A stretch of DNA of 64,000 nt from Bdellovibrionales bacterium (GTDB taxonomy: Bacteria > Bdellovibrionota > Bdellovibrionia > Bdellovibrionales > JAGQZY01): contig CAXRHT010000001.1 of NCBI GenBank assembly GCA_964230645.1, forward strand, positions 64,001-128,000, given 5' to 3'. Within the stretch, counting starts at the first letter, position 1; each line of letters begins with the position of its first letter. Shown here in pieces: positions 50,055 to 59,770 of this stretch. A model generated the notes under the pieces. The model made no database searches and was not told the DNA's origin. It worked only from the letters and a program-made list of their open reading frames with translations. Made by a program: the position numbers and the translations under genes.

Positions 50055-50081
50055 TAAAAATTGCTGGCTAAATCCCGACAA
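50055..50081 (+). promoter_or_regulatory. Candidate sigma28 promoter
   Basis: TAAA-N15-CCCGACAA upstream of 50116. Confidence 0.45.
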
Positions 50082-50115
50082 GAAATAAATCTGTTTTTTT
50101 TAAAGGAGAGCTCGA

Positions 50116-50475
50116 TTGGATATTTTAATCTTCATTGCAGCAGGCATTTTGATTATCTTATTGTTTCTTCTCTATTTAGCTTCAGGCCATAACCACACCA
50201 TGAACTCTCTTAAAATCATCAAGGAAAAACTGGGCTCTCAAAGAGAAAGAGTCGCAGAAATTGAGAACAAATTAAAAACTATGGAGTCGCGTCTTAAGAT
50301 TTTAGAATTTCGTACAGAAATCTTGGATGACCACGCCCCTCCTATGAAGCCAAACTTCAGCGATGAGGTCACCACACCCACCACAGAAAATCGCAGTGTT
50401 TTGCAGCAGTGGGAAATTGAACGTCTTGAAGGTGAAATAACCAGCATCAAAGAACTACTCAATAAGATGTTATGA
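50116..50475 (+). CDS. Hypothetical membrane-anchored coiled-coil protein
   Basis: AAGGAG RBS, TTG start, N-terminal TM and heptad pattern. Confidence 0.65.
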   Translation: MDILIFIAAGILIILLFLLYLASGHNHTMNSLKIIKEKLGSQRERVAEIENKLKTMESRLKILEFRTEILDDHAPPMKPNFSDEVTTPTTENRSVLQQWEIERLEGEITSIKELLNKML

Positions 50476-51567
50476 AGGCTCGCCCCCAAAAAGTCTGACC
50501 TTAGCCGCCTTCTCCTGCCTCTTCTTGTACTCGGTATGGGAAAGTGGTCCTCTCATATTATTAAGATAGGTTTCATAGCCAAGAATCTGCACTTCAAAGG
50601 GATAGAAAAATTGCACTTTCTCTACCTTACCTTTGCGCTCGATATCGATCCGAATGAGCTTCCTTGATATAAATTTAATAAACTTATAGTCAGGATCAGT
50701 AAAAATGTTTTCTTTATTTCTGAACTCGGCGCGATCGGCCTGTTCATCGAGCTTCTTTGCTAGGATATCACTAATCTCGTTACTTGAAGCCTTCGAGCTT
50801 TTTGCGCGTAATGTGTCCATAACCTCTAGAAATAAATTGGTGGGATAAACTGTATTTATGGATTCGTTAACAATACAATGCGGGTAACTGACCAGTCCGT
50901 TATTCCCCAAAAAACGCAGGACCTTAAAGATATCAAAAGTGTTTTTGGTGACAAAGCGAACACCAATGCGATCTAAGATATTTAAGGCGACTAAATTCCT
51001 TTTGGACAATAATTTAACTATGGCACTGGATTGATCTTTGACGGGCTTAAACTCAAACTTATTCAATCTTATTTTTTCATGTTCATTTTGTAAGAAGGTG
51101 GCACCTTGTATTGTGTCCACGTTTACAAAGTTCTGGATTGGGGTCAAAATTTGGTCGCGAATTTCCTCATCAAAAATACTATACAGATCATTATTGAGGT
51201 GAGCCATAATATGCATCACTTTAAGAGCTGCGCAGGACCACTTTTGTAAATTTTGGCTTTCAGCATCGCGCTGAGAAGCAGCAATCAATAAGTCGCGGAC
51301 ATCGTTAATGTCGTTTCGGTTGTAAAATTCGGAAAGAGGCTCTTCGCCCTCTTCGACAAACTTGTCTTGTAAAAAAGCTATGCCTTGGCGGAAGTAGGAG
51401 TAAATGGTGTTCTGATCCGCCTCACTCTCCCAATCGTAGCCATAGTTTTTTATAAATTGTGTGGCTTGTTCTTTGTCTCGGACAGAAAGTTTAGGAGCGT
51501 CAAGAACCGACACTCCTCCTATCATAGAGAGCAAAGCTTGCCTTCGAAAATAAAGACTCTCAGACAC
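50470..51567 (-). CDS. TIGR04552-type protein (RelA/SpoT-like nucleotidyltransferase fold)
   Basis: GGVSVLD, WSCAALKVMH, KLL.K, DRIGVRFVT, FYPFEVQI and SHTEYKKRQ motifs. Confidence 0.78.
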   Translation of the reverse strand: MSESLYFRRQALLSMIGGVSVLDAPKLSVRDKEQATQFIKNYGYDWESEADQNTIYSYFRQGIAFLQDKFVEEGEEPLSEFYNRNDINDVRDLLIAASQRDAESQNLQKWSCAALKVMHIMAHLNNDLYSIFDEEIRDQILTPIQNFVNVDTIQGATFLQNEHEKIRLNKFEFKPVKDQSSAIVKLLSKRNLVALNILDRIGVRFVTKNTFDIFKVLRFLGNNGLVSYPHCIVNESINTVYPTNLFLEVMDTLRAKSSKASSNEISDILAKKLDEQADRAEFRNKENIFTDPDYKFIKFISRKLIRIDIERKGKVEKVQFFYPFEVQILGYETYLNNMRGPLSHTEYKKRQEKAAKVRLFGGEPS

Positions 51568-51658
51568 TTAACGCTCTCCTGTTAATTGCTCGATGAATGA
51601 CCACAACTTTCCTCCTTGATCTTTCCAAAGCCTCACCTTTCATTGGGAAGGCTTTTTG

Positions 51659-53803
51659 TTAATGGAAAGTTCTCTGTGTTTTGGCCATATTTCTCAAAGG
51701 GGTGGTTGGCTTAAAGCGAGTTCCATATTTTGAAGCATAGATCTCTAGGTCATCCACAATTTTTTCGGTCCCCTCTTTGTCGGCCCACCTCAAAAGTCCG
51801 CCGCGAAAAGGAGGGAAGCCTGTTCCCATGATCATAGCAAGATCAAGATCCTCAGCACTTCCAACGACTTGTTCTTGGATAAGTACGAGGGCTGCCTCAT
51901 TGATCATATTGTACATGGCACGTCCGATAATTTCCTCTTCTCCTAAAGGATCCGAGGGAGAACCTAAGCCTAAATCGGAATACACCGATTGATCGACCTC
52001 TGTTTTGCGGCCCTTTTCATATTTGTAAAAGCCTTTGCCATTTTTCTGACCTAAACGATCGGATTTTTCAAGCTTCATCATAAGCTCGGGAAGCTCCACA
52101 CGATCCCCTAGGGATTCTTTAAAAATCTTGGAAACCTTCACACAAACATCGAGTCCTACAGAATCCATCAGTTCAAAAGGTCCCATTGGCATACCGAATT
52201 TTTTAACAAATATCTTATCCACCTTCTCAATGCTAGCCCCTTCTTCAAGATAAAAAGCGGCCTCCATCATGTAAGGGACAAGAAGTCGGTTAACTAAAAA
52301 ACCAGGGGCGTCTTTGACCACCACGGGAGTTTTACCCATTTTTTTAGCGAGGTTATAAACCGTTGCTGTGGCCTCATCACTGGTTTCAGGTCCACGAATC
52401 ACCTCGACAAGAGGCATTTTATGAACGGGACTAAAAAAGTGCATCCCCAAAAAGTTCTCAGGTTTTGGGTGAGCTTTCGCCATCTCTGTCACACTGAGTG
52501 AGGAGGTATTTGTAGCAAAAATGGCGTCCTCTTTAAGAAACTCACAGGTTTCTTTGATCACTTTTTTCTTGATATCCATATTTTCAACGATCGCTTCGAC
52601 CACAACATCGAGTTGTTTAAACCCCGCAAAGTCAGTGCCCCCTGAAATATGACTCATTTTTTCTTGCAGGTCGTACTTAGACATTCTTTTGCGTTGAATT
52701 TTCTTGTCCCAAATTTTTCGAGCCGCTTCGTAGCCCTTGGCAATCGCATCTGTGCTGATGTCTTTCATTCGGACAAAGACACCTTTGTCGGCCGCCACAT
52801 AGGCAATTCCACCGCCCATGGTTCCAGCGCCAAGAACACCCATGTGTTCAACACCGCGCCCTTTAGCATCCCCTTCCACACCATTGCGTCTTTTGACATC
52901 TTCCATCATGAAAAAGAGGTTAATAAGATTACGACTGATCTCTCCGCCAGCCACTTCGCAAAAACCCTCTTTTTCAATGTTCATAGCTTTTTGACGATTG
53001 GAATAACCCACCGTTTTTTTGATCACGTCAAGTGCTACCATAAGGGCCGGGTAATGACCGTGAGATTTTTTTAACGTCATTTTCTTAGCTTGAGAAAACA
53101 CAATAGGTCGTCCTAGAGAGGACTCTAAAAATTTATTCGTCACTCCTTTAGGCTCGTGCACTTTTTTGCGTTTTTTACCACCTTTAGAAATAATATCGCG
53201 AGCCATTTCTAAAGCTTGCTCTTCTAATATAGCCGGATGGACCATTTTATCGACAAGCCCCATCTTTAAGGCCTTCTTCGCTGGAACCATTTTGCCAGCC
53301 AAAATAATATCAAGTGCCCCTTGCACACCCACCACACGTGGCAAGCGCACACAACCACCAAACCCAGGAATAATACCAAGTTTTGTTTCAGGGAGTCCGA
53401 TTTTGGTTTCATCCGCTTCACTGGCAATACGATAATCACAAGCTAACGAAAGCTCACAGCCTCCCCCGGCACAAGCTCCATGGATGGCGGCAATTACCGG
53501 AACACGGAGATCTTCCACAAAGTTCATGATCTCCTGACCACCCTCTACGGCTTGTGCAAAATCCTCTTTGGTCCTAAGTGACTTGATCTCATTGATGTCG
53601 GCACCAGCAATAAAAATTTTCTTTTTTCGTGAAATAATAACGGCGGCTTTGTACTCCGAACTTTTATTGATCTCCTCTAGGAGTTCTTTTAAGCGAGTCA
53701 TGATAGGAGTGCTCATTTTATTCGCGCTCTCACCAATATGATCCCATTCAATTAGGGCCACTTCCCCTTTGGGTGTGATTTTTAAACTTTCCTGTATACT
53801 CAT
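51659..53803 (-). CDS. fadJ: Fatty acid oxidation complex alpha subunit (hydratase/3-hydroxyacyl-CoA dehydrogenase)
   Basis: FIAGADI, GLPETKLGIIPG, VLGAGTMGGGIA, HFFSPVHKMPLVE and GFPPFRGG motifs. Confidence 0.9.
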   Translation of the reverse strand: MSIQESLKITPKGEVALIEWDHIGESANKMSTPIMTRLKELLEEINKSSEYKAAVIISRKKKIFIAGADINEIKSLRTKEDFAQAVEGGQEIMNFVEDLRVPVIAAIHGACAGGGCELSLACDYRIASEADETKIGLPETKLGIIPGFGGCVRLPRVVGVQGALDIILAGKMVPAKKALKMGLVDKMVHPAILEEQALEMARDIISKGGKKRKKVHEPKGVTNKFLESSLGRPIVFSQAKKMTLKKSHGHYPALMVALDVIKKTVGYSNRQKAMNIEKEGFCEVAGGEISRNLINLFFMMEDVKRRNGVEGDAKGRGVEHMGVLGAGTMGGGIAYVAADKGVFVRMKDISTDAIAKGYEAARKIWDKKIQRKRMSKYDLQEKMSHISGGTDFAGFKQLDVVVEAIVENMDIKKKVIKETCEFLKEDAIFATNTSSLSVTEMAKAHPKPENFLGMHFFSPVHKMPLVEVIRGPETSDEATATVYNLAKKMGKTPVVVKDAPGFLVNRLLVPYMMEAAFYLEEGASIEKVDKIFVKKFGMPMGPFELMDSVGLDVCVKVSKIFKESLGDRVELPELMMKLEKSDRLGQKNGKGFYKYEKGRKTEVDQSVYSDLGLGSPSDPLGEEEIIGRAMYNMINEAALVLIQEQVVGSAEDLDLAMIMGTGFPPFRGGLLRWADKEGTEKIVDDLEIYASKYGTRFKPTTPLRNMAKTQRTFH

Positions 53804-53822
53804 TTTACAACCTCAAGACGAC

Positions 53823-55124
53823 TTAGTTTTCGTTTTCCAGTACCATAGCACCCCCTTGACCTCCACCAATACAAAGCGTGGCTAATCCAAACTGGGAGTT
53901 TCTTCTATTCATTTCTTTCATCAATGTTAAAACCAAACGTGTTCCTGTGGCTCCCACAGGATGCCCAAGAGCGATGGCTCCTCCATTGACATTAACTTTA
54001 TCAAAATCCAATTCACCCACAGCCTCAGAAAGGCCGAGTTTTTCCTGGGCAAACTTCTTTGATTCAAAAGCTTTTCCACAGGCAATCACTTGAGCCGCGA
54101 AAGCTTCATTAAGCTCTATAAGATCCATATCTTTAAGACTTAATCCCGCTCTTTTTAACGCAATGGGAGTTGAGTAAACGGGTCCAAGTCCCATTCTCTC
54201 AGGCTCAAGACCGGCAAAAGCATAACTGCGAATGCGAGCCAAAGGTTTTAAACCTTTCTCCTCGGCTTTCTTACGACTCATAAGTAAAACCATGGCCGCA
54301 CCATCAGTGAGTGGGCAGGCATTACCAACAGTGATCGTCCCTGTCCTGCGATCAAAATAAGGACGCAATTTTTGAAGTGCTTCCATACTTTGTCCGTCGC
54401 GAGGCCCGATATCTTCTTCGATCACTTTTTTATAATTGGGACCGATATAAACAGGTGTCATTTCTTCTTTAAGACGACCGGCTTTGGTTGCATCCACGGC
54501 CTTATGATGGGATTTCATAGCGAATTCGTCTTGTTCCTCACGACTGATATGAAATTCTTTCGCAAGAATCTCCGCTGTTTGCCCCATATTGATTCCAACA
54601 AAGGGATCTTTCAGAGCCTCGACAATAGAAACACGAGGGGTCAGATAATTAAGTTTTAATTTTTTAAGAGCTGAGATTTTTTTACCCGTGGTTTTGGCCA
54701 TCATAAATTCCCCGAAAATATCGGCAAACTTTTGATTAAATAACAACGGAGCCTGAGACATATTCTCTGTTCCACCAGCAAGGACGGTGTCCGCAACACC
54801 CGCTTTGATTTTATCAAAGCCACTACTGATGCTCTCAAGGGCTGAGGCACAATTCCTGTGAACCGTGTGAGCCGAAGTCCTTTGAGGAATCCCCGCACGC
54901 AATGCAACAACACGGCCGATGTTAACAGCATCAGAAGGATTACCCACACAACCCACAATCACCTCATCGACTTCTTCGCCATCAAGGTTGGTCTGCGCCA
55001 TAAGCTCCTGCAGAGCAAATTGCCCAAGTTCAGCCGCATGCACTTTTTTAAATTGTGTCCCGGCTTTAGCAAAGGGTGTCCTCACACCTTCCACAATCAC
55101 CACATCATTGGGGCTTTTCTCCAT
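53823..55124 (-). CDS. fadI: 3-ketoacyl-CoA thiolase, beta subunit
   Basis: RTPFAK, RNCAS, NEAFAAQ, GHPVGATG and LCIGGGQG motifs; directly upstream of fadJ. Confidence 0.88.
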   Translation of the reverse strand: MEKSPNDVVIVEGVRTPFAKAGTQFKKVHAAELGQFALQELMAQTNLDGEEVDEVIVGCVGNPSDAVNIGRVVALRAGIPQRTSAHTVHRNCASALESISSGFDKIKAGVADTVLAGGTENMSQAPLLFNQKFADIFGEFMMAKTTGKKISALKKLKLNYLTPRVSIVEALKDPFVGINMGQTAEILAKEFHISREEQDEFAMKSHHKAVDATKAGRLKEEMTPVYIGPNYKKVIEEDIGPRDGQSMEALQKLRPYFDRRTGTITVGNACPLTDGAAMVLLMSRKKAEEKGLKPLARIRSYAFAGLEPERMGLGPVYSTPIALKRAGLSLKDMDLIELNEAFAAQVIACGKAFESKKFAQEKLGLSEAVGELDFDKVNVNGGAIALGHPVGATGTRLVLTLMKEMNRRNSQFGLATLCIGGGQGGAMVLENEN

Positions 55125-55253
55125 GTTTTAAATCCTCCTACAAACGACTTGCGATCATGCCATTTTTTCCCACCCCTGTCGCCCCATAACAAGCCGAGCA
55201 TTGATGCAATGCTTATTAACAAAAACGCCCAAACAACAAGCACCTTAAAACAA

Positions 55254-55437
55254 TTTTTCACACAGTCCCGTTCTTTGAATTTCGATTCTTGGCATTTGAT
55301 GAAAGCTCGAGCCGCGAGCGCTGCGTATCTCGTAGAGCGGCACGAAGTGACGCCCTACGGGAGACGAAGTGCACCCGCCGGCATGCTTTCAGCAAATGCC
55401 AAGAATCGAAATTCAAAGAACGGGACTGTGTGAAAAA
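55254..55437. mobile_element. 184-bp palindromic element (MITE-like) with 53-bp terminal inverted repeats
   Basis: Arms 55254-55306 and 55385-55437 differ at one position; GC-rich core containing a sub-hairpin. Confidence 0.7.
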
Positions 55438-55511
55438 CCCCACACCGATTTAGGCCATCGACACGCCTGTGGCCCTGTAGTAAAACGAAGCTTCTAACTG
55501 ACGAGGCAAAT

Positions 55512-57806
55512 ATGGATATCGACAAACCAGCACTGGATTATCATTCTTCTGAACCGGCAGGAAAAGTGAGTGTCTCCTCACCCAAACCCTGTGGCACCGA
55601 ATACGAACTCTCTTTGGCTTATTCCCCCGGAGTGGCCGCCCCCTGTAAGGAAATCGCTAAAGATTCCAAAAAAATCTACGATTACACTTCCAAGGGAAAT
55701 CTTGTGGCCGTAATTAGTAACGGTACAGCTGTTTTGGGACTTGGGAATATTGGCCCTGAGGCTTCAAAGCCGGTGATGGAAGGAAAGGGAAACCTTTTTA
55801 AAATGTTCGCTGGGATCGACGTTTTTGATATCGAACTCAACGCGACGGATGTCGATAGTTTTTGTAACACCGTTAAAGCTTTGGAGCCCACTTTTGGGGG
55901 TATTAATCTTGAGGATATCAAGGCTCCTGAATGTTTTGAAATTGAAAGACGTTTAAAAAAGGAAATGAATATTCCGGTCTTTCATGATGACCAACATGGA
56001 ACGGCGATAATCTCTGCGGCCGCTCTTATTAACGCCGCCGATATCACCAAAAGAAAACTAAGTAAAATCAAAATGGTTATTAACGGTGCCGGTGCTGCTG
56101 CTGTGGCTTGTGGAAGATTATTTGTTTCTCTAGGAGTTAAACAACAGAACATCATTATGTGTGATTCAAGAGGTGTCATCTACAAAGGTCGTAAAGATGG
56201 AATGAATCCTTTTAAAGAGGAATTCGCTATTGATACTAAAAAAAGAACACTGGCTGATGCCGTAAAAGGTTCTGATTGTTTTGTGGGCCTGAGTGTGGCC
56301 GGTGCCATGAGTGTGGATATGCTCATGTCCATGAATAAAAAGCCCATTGTCTTTGCCATGGCCAATCCCGATCCAGAGATTGATCCAAAGGTAGCCAAGA
56401 AAAATAGACCGGATGTAATCATGGCCACTGGCCGCAGTGATTATCCCAATCAAGTCAATAATGTTCTAGGATTTCCTTCGATTTTTAGAGGTGCTCTGGA
56501 CGCTAGAGCCAGCAGCATTAATGAGGAAATGAAGTTAGCGGCTGTCAAAGCCTTAGCCGACCTGGCCCGTGAAGGTGTCCCTGAAAAAGTTTCGGAAGCT
56601 TATGGTGGACAAAGCTTTACTTATGGACCCGAGTACATCATCCCTAAACCTTTCGATCCTCGAGTCATTATGAAAGTCGCACCGGCGGTGGCCAAAGCCG
56701 CAAAAGACTCCGGGGTCGCTCTAAAGCCGATTAAAAATAAGAAAGCTTATGTTGAGAAACTAGAAGCCCTGCAAGGAAACAAGGTCAGTTTTATTAGAAC
56801 TTGTATCAATCGGGTTAAGGGCGGAATTAGAAAATCTAAACATAAACCCCGTATCATTTTCCCTGAGGGTAACACCAATAAGATTTTAAAGGCTGTCAGT
56901 CTCGCCGTTGATGAACAAATCATTGAGCCTATTTTACTGGGAAGAAAAGAGCATATCGTTCGCACGATCGAAGAGCTAGGTCTGGATAATTTAAAGAAAG
57001 TGGATATCATCGAACCCCGTCTTTCTCCTCACTATGAACGCTACAGTGAAGAGCTCTACCAGATGAAACAAAGGCGGGGGATTATGAAAAAAGAAGCCCA
57101 TCGCCTGATGTACGATCCGAACTACTACGCTGCAATGGCCGTCCATTTGGACGATGCTGACGGAATGATAAGTGGTGCAACCATTAAGTACAAAGAAGCG
57201 GTGGTTCCCATTTTGAAAATCATTGGCTCTGGAAATCGTCGAACTGCATCCGGTATGAACATCGTTTTATGTCAGGATAAAATGTACTTCTTTACTGATA
57301 CATCGGTGAACGTTAATCCTGATGCTCAGCAGGTGGCCAATATAGCTATTCACACCTCCAAGGTGGCCGAGTATTTTGATATGAAACCTAAAATAGCCAT
57401 GCTCAGTTACACCAACTTTACCTCTAGGGATGAAAACCCCAAGAAAATGAGGCAGGCCGCTGACATCGTTAAACAATACAATCCAGAATTTGTCGTGGAC
57501 GGAGAGATGCAAGCGGACTCCGCTGTTAACCCTGAAATTATCAACCGAATCTTTCCTTTCTGCGAAATCAAGGATGGGGCGAACATTTTAGTTTTTCCTA
57601 ATTTGGATTCCGGTAACATCGCCTACAAACTCGTCCAGCAGCTCGGCGAAGGCGAAGTGATCGGCCCATTCCTCATGGGTGTTAAAAAACCAGCCCACGT
57701 CGTTCAAAGAACCTCTGTGGTGGATGATATTTTTAACAGTGTGGTTCTCACCTGCCTTCACTTTCAAGCCCTTCCTGAACTCAACGAAGCGGCAACGGAG
57801 AACTAG
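55512..57806 (+). CDS. maeB: NADP-dependent malic enzyme with phosphotransacetylase-like domain
   Basis: [39 protein letters not shown] and PTA-like DGEMQAD / GNIAYKL motifs. Confidence 0.96.
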   Translation: MDIDKPALDYHSSEPAGKVSVSSPKPCGTEYELSLAYSPGVAAPCKEIAKDSKKIYDYTSKGNLVAVISNGTAVLGLGNIGPEASKPVMEGKGNLFKMFAGIDVFDIELNATDVDSFCNTVKALEPTFGGINLEDIKAPECFEIERRLKKEMNIPVFHDDQHGTAIISAAALINAADITKRKLSKIKMVINGAGAAAVACGRLFVSLGVKQQNIIMCDSRGVIYKGRKDGMNPFKEEFAIDTKKRTLADAVKGSDCFVGLSVAGAMSVDMLMSMNKKPIVFAMANPDPEIDPKVAKKNRPDVIMATGRSDYPNQVNNVLGFPSIFRGALDARASSINEEMKLAAVKALADLAREGVPEKVSEAYGGQSFTYGPEYIIPKPFDPRVIMKVAPAVAKAAKDSGVALKPIKNKKAYVEKLEALQGNKVSFIRTCINRVKGGIRKSKHKPRIIFPEGNTNKILKAVSLAVDEQIIEPILLGRKEHIVRTIEELGLDNLKKVDIIEPRLSPHYERYSEELYQMKQRRGIMKKEAHRLMYDPNYYAAMAVHLDDADGMISGATIKYKEAVVPILKIIGSGNRRTASGMNIVLCQDKMYFFTDTSVNVNPDAQQVANIAIHTSKVAEYFDMKPKIAMLSYTNFTSRDENPKKMRQAADIVKQYNPEFVVDGEMQADSAVNPEIINRIFPFCEIKDGANILVFPNLDSGNIAYKLVQQLGEGEVIGPFLMGVKKPAHVVQRTSVVDDIFNSVVLTCLHFQALPELNEAATEN

Positions 57807-57808
57807 CC

Positions 57809-59083
57809 ATTAAAAACCAACAAGAACAACGCCCCAAAGCCATCGTCCTTGGGGTGGGCTTAAAAAACGAAGGCATTGTTGAGGTCAAATCAAGCCTTAA
57901 CGAGATGGAGGAGCTAGCAACCACGGCCGGTTGGGAAGTGGTGGGTAGCATCACTCAACTTCTCAACAAGTGGACCCCTTCAACCCTTATTGGCTCGGGT
58001 AAAGTCGAAGAGATTGGGCATATCGCCCAGGAATGTGGAGCCGAGTTTATAATTATCGATCATCACCTCACAGGTGTTCAGTCAAGAAACCTGGAGAGCC
58101 ACTGGGAACCCGCCCGAGTTCTTGATCGCTCCCAAATTATTATTGAGATCTTTGCGCAAAGAGCCCGGTCTTATGAAGGAAAACTACAGGTCGAATTGGC
58201 TCAACTCCTTGATCAACTCCCCCGACAGGTCGGAGCTTGGCTTGGCTCTTTATCAAGACAAGGGGCTGGAATTGGTACTCGTGGAGCTGGAGAGAAGGCC
58301 ATTGAGGTCGACCGTCGACAAATTCGCAAGCGCGTGGATATTATTAAAAAGAAGCTTAAAGATGTGCAAAAAAATCGAAAGCAGCACAGAAGTTCTCGGC
58401 AGAAAAACCAGGTTCCAAGTTTTGCTCTGATTGGCTACACCAACGCTGGAAAAAGCTCTCTCATGAATGCCCTCACTCAGTCTGAGGTCTACGCTCAAGA
58501 CCAACTTTTTGCCACTCTTGATCCTACCACTAGAAAAGTATTTTTGGATGAAGGGACTCATGCGGTTATGACGGACACTGTGGGCTTTATAAATAAACTG
58601 CCCCACAATTTGATCGAGGCTTTTAAAGCGACCCTTGAAGAATCGGCCACCTCAGACATACTTCTTCACGTTATTGATTTATCCAATCCCCAAATGGAGA
58701 AACAAATAGACGTCGTCGATAATCTTATCCAAGAATTCGGCTGGGACAACAAACCTCTCATCCATGTTTTCAACAAAACCGATGTGGCCCCCATTCAAAA
58801 CCGCTTTCGAGTCAAACAATCCCCTCGCGTGATGGTGAGTGCAGAAACCGGTGAAGGGCTTGAGGATTTAAAAACCATGATGCTTGAGACACTCAATAAG
58901 CTCACCGTGTCGGTGGAGTTCTTTTTTCCTCTTGAAAAAAAGCACCTTATCTACGAACTACAAAGAGACGCCACCTCTCTTTATAAAGAAGAAAGTAAAG
59001 TGGGATACATCTGTAAAGCGCATATGATTCCTGGCCTCGTCAATAAATGGCAAGATTATCTAGTTAAAAACCAGGGAAAATAA
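57809..59083 (+). CDS. hflX: Ribosome-splitting GTPase HflX (probable ATT start)
   Basis: GYTNAGKSS, LFATLDPT, DTVGFI and NKTD motifs. Conserved RPKAIVLGV lies upstream of the ORF-track GTG at 57854. Confidence 0.9.
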   Translation: MKNQQEQRPKAIVLGVGLKNEGIVEVKSSLNEMEELATTAGWEVVGSITQLLNKWTPSTLIGSGKVEEIGHIAQECGAEFIIIDHHLTGVQSRNLESHWEPARVLDRSQIIIEIFAQRARSYEGKLQVELAQLLDQLPRQVGAWLGSLSRQGAGIGTRGAGEKAIEVDRRQIRKRVDIIKKKLKDVQKNRKQHRSSRQKNQVPSFALIGYTNAGKSSLMNALTQSEVYAQDQLFATLDPTTRKVFLDEGTHAVMTDTVGFINKLPHNLIEAFKATLEESATSDILLHVIDLSNPQMEKQIDVVDNLIQEFGWDNKPLIHVFNKTDVAPIQNRFRVKQSPRVMVSAETGEGLEDLKTMMLETLNKLTVSVEFFFPLEKKHLIYELQRDATSLYKEESKVGYICKAHMIPGLVNKWQDYLVKNQGK

Positions 59084-59238
59084 AAGCAGAGATGTCCTTT
59101 TTCATCTTCAATTCTGTTAAAATTAAGGCCCACCCTGCTTTTTAGGTAATAATTGTTTAATTTCTTACAAGATTCTCTCAGCTCTCCTTATCTGTGGTAT
59201 GACGTCGATGCGAGTAAATCCTATGGGAGGGAATCACT

Positions 59239-59529
59239 ATGAAAAATATAGTCTTAATGACTCTAGCTTGTTTGCTTCCAATTTTTGCTCTTGCCCTTCT
59301 ACCCAATGAAAAACAAAGCCTAAAACTTGAAGAAATGCTCACTAAAACCGTAGAAAAGCAGTCCGGCACACTCGACCGCCTTGAATGTGGCTCTTACTAC
59401 GATGGGATCTCCTGCCTGGCTCAAATCACTTACCAACACAGCGGCGAGAGTCTGATTTGCGAAAACAACTATGTCTACCGTGGGGGCGAGAAATTTTGGC
59501 TCATCGACTCTCAGTGCCAGCCTGAATAG
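59239..59529 (+). CDS. Hypothetical small secreted protein
   Basis: GGAGG RBS, signal peptide and 4 Cys in the mature part. Confidence 0.75.
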   Translation: MKNIVLMTLACLLPIFALALLPNEKQSLKLEEMLTKTVEKQSGTLDRLECGSYYDGISCLAQITYQHSGESLICENNYVYRGGEKFWLIDSQCQPE

Positions 59530-59548
59530 GCAATTTAGGCTTTTTTTA

Positions 59549-59607
59549 GCCGTTCAGACCCGTTTAAAGGCCTTCAGGCCCCTTGCCAGGGCAATCCGAC
59601 CATTCAG
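59549..59607 (+). promoter_or_regulatory. Candidate LytTR-binding direct repeats
   Basis: GCCGTTCAG (59549), CCCGTTTAA (59559), GGCCTTCAG (59569) and ACCATTCAG (59599), phased at multiples of 10 bp upstream of the lytS/lytR-like pair. Confidence 0.45.
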
Positions 59608-59770
59608 TTGAAAGGCCATAGATTCCATCTCAGAGCTGTGGAACTATGAATGTGTGAAGTTGTTAAAGAGAAAACGACTTCGACTAGAACAAACCCCAAT
59701 GCCTTTATCCCTTCGAGGGTCACCCCTAGGTGACCCTCACCCTTTTAAAGGTGACGACTAAGGAGAATAC

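Noticed and set aside
54858..55443. ORFs 54858..55433 (+) and 55258..55443 (-) sharing FFTQSRSLNFDSWHL
   Set aside because: The shared peptide is simply the palindrome read on both strands; no RBS, and one ORF is antisense to fadI.
59654..59761. 35-aa leader ORF (MKLLKRKRLRLEQ...) before the LytS-like kinase
   Set aside because: No ribosome-binding site and no compositional support; cannot be distinguished from chance.
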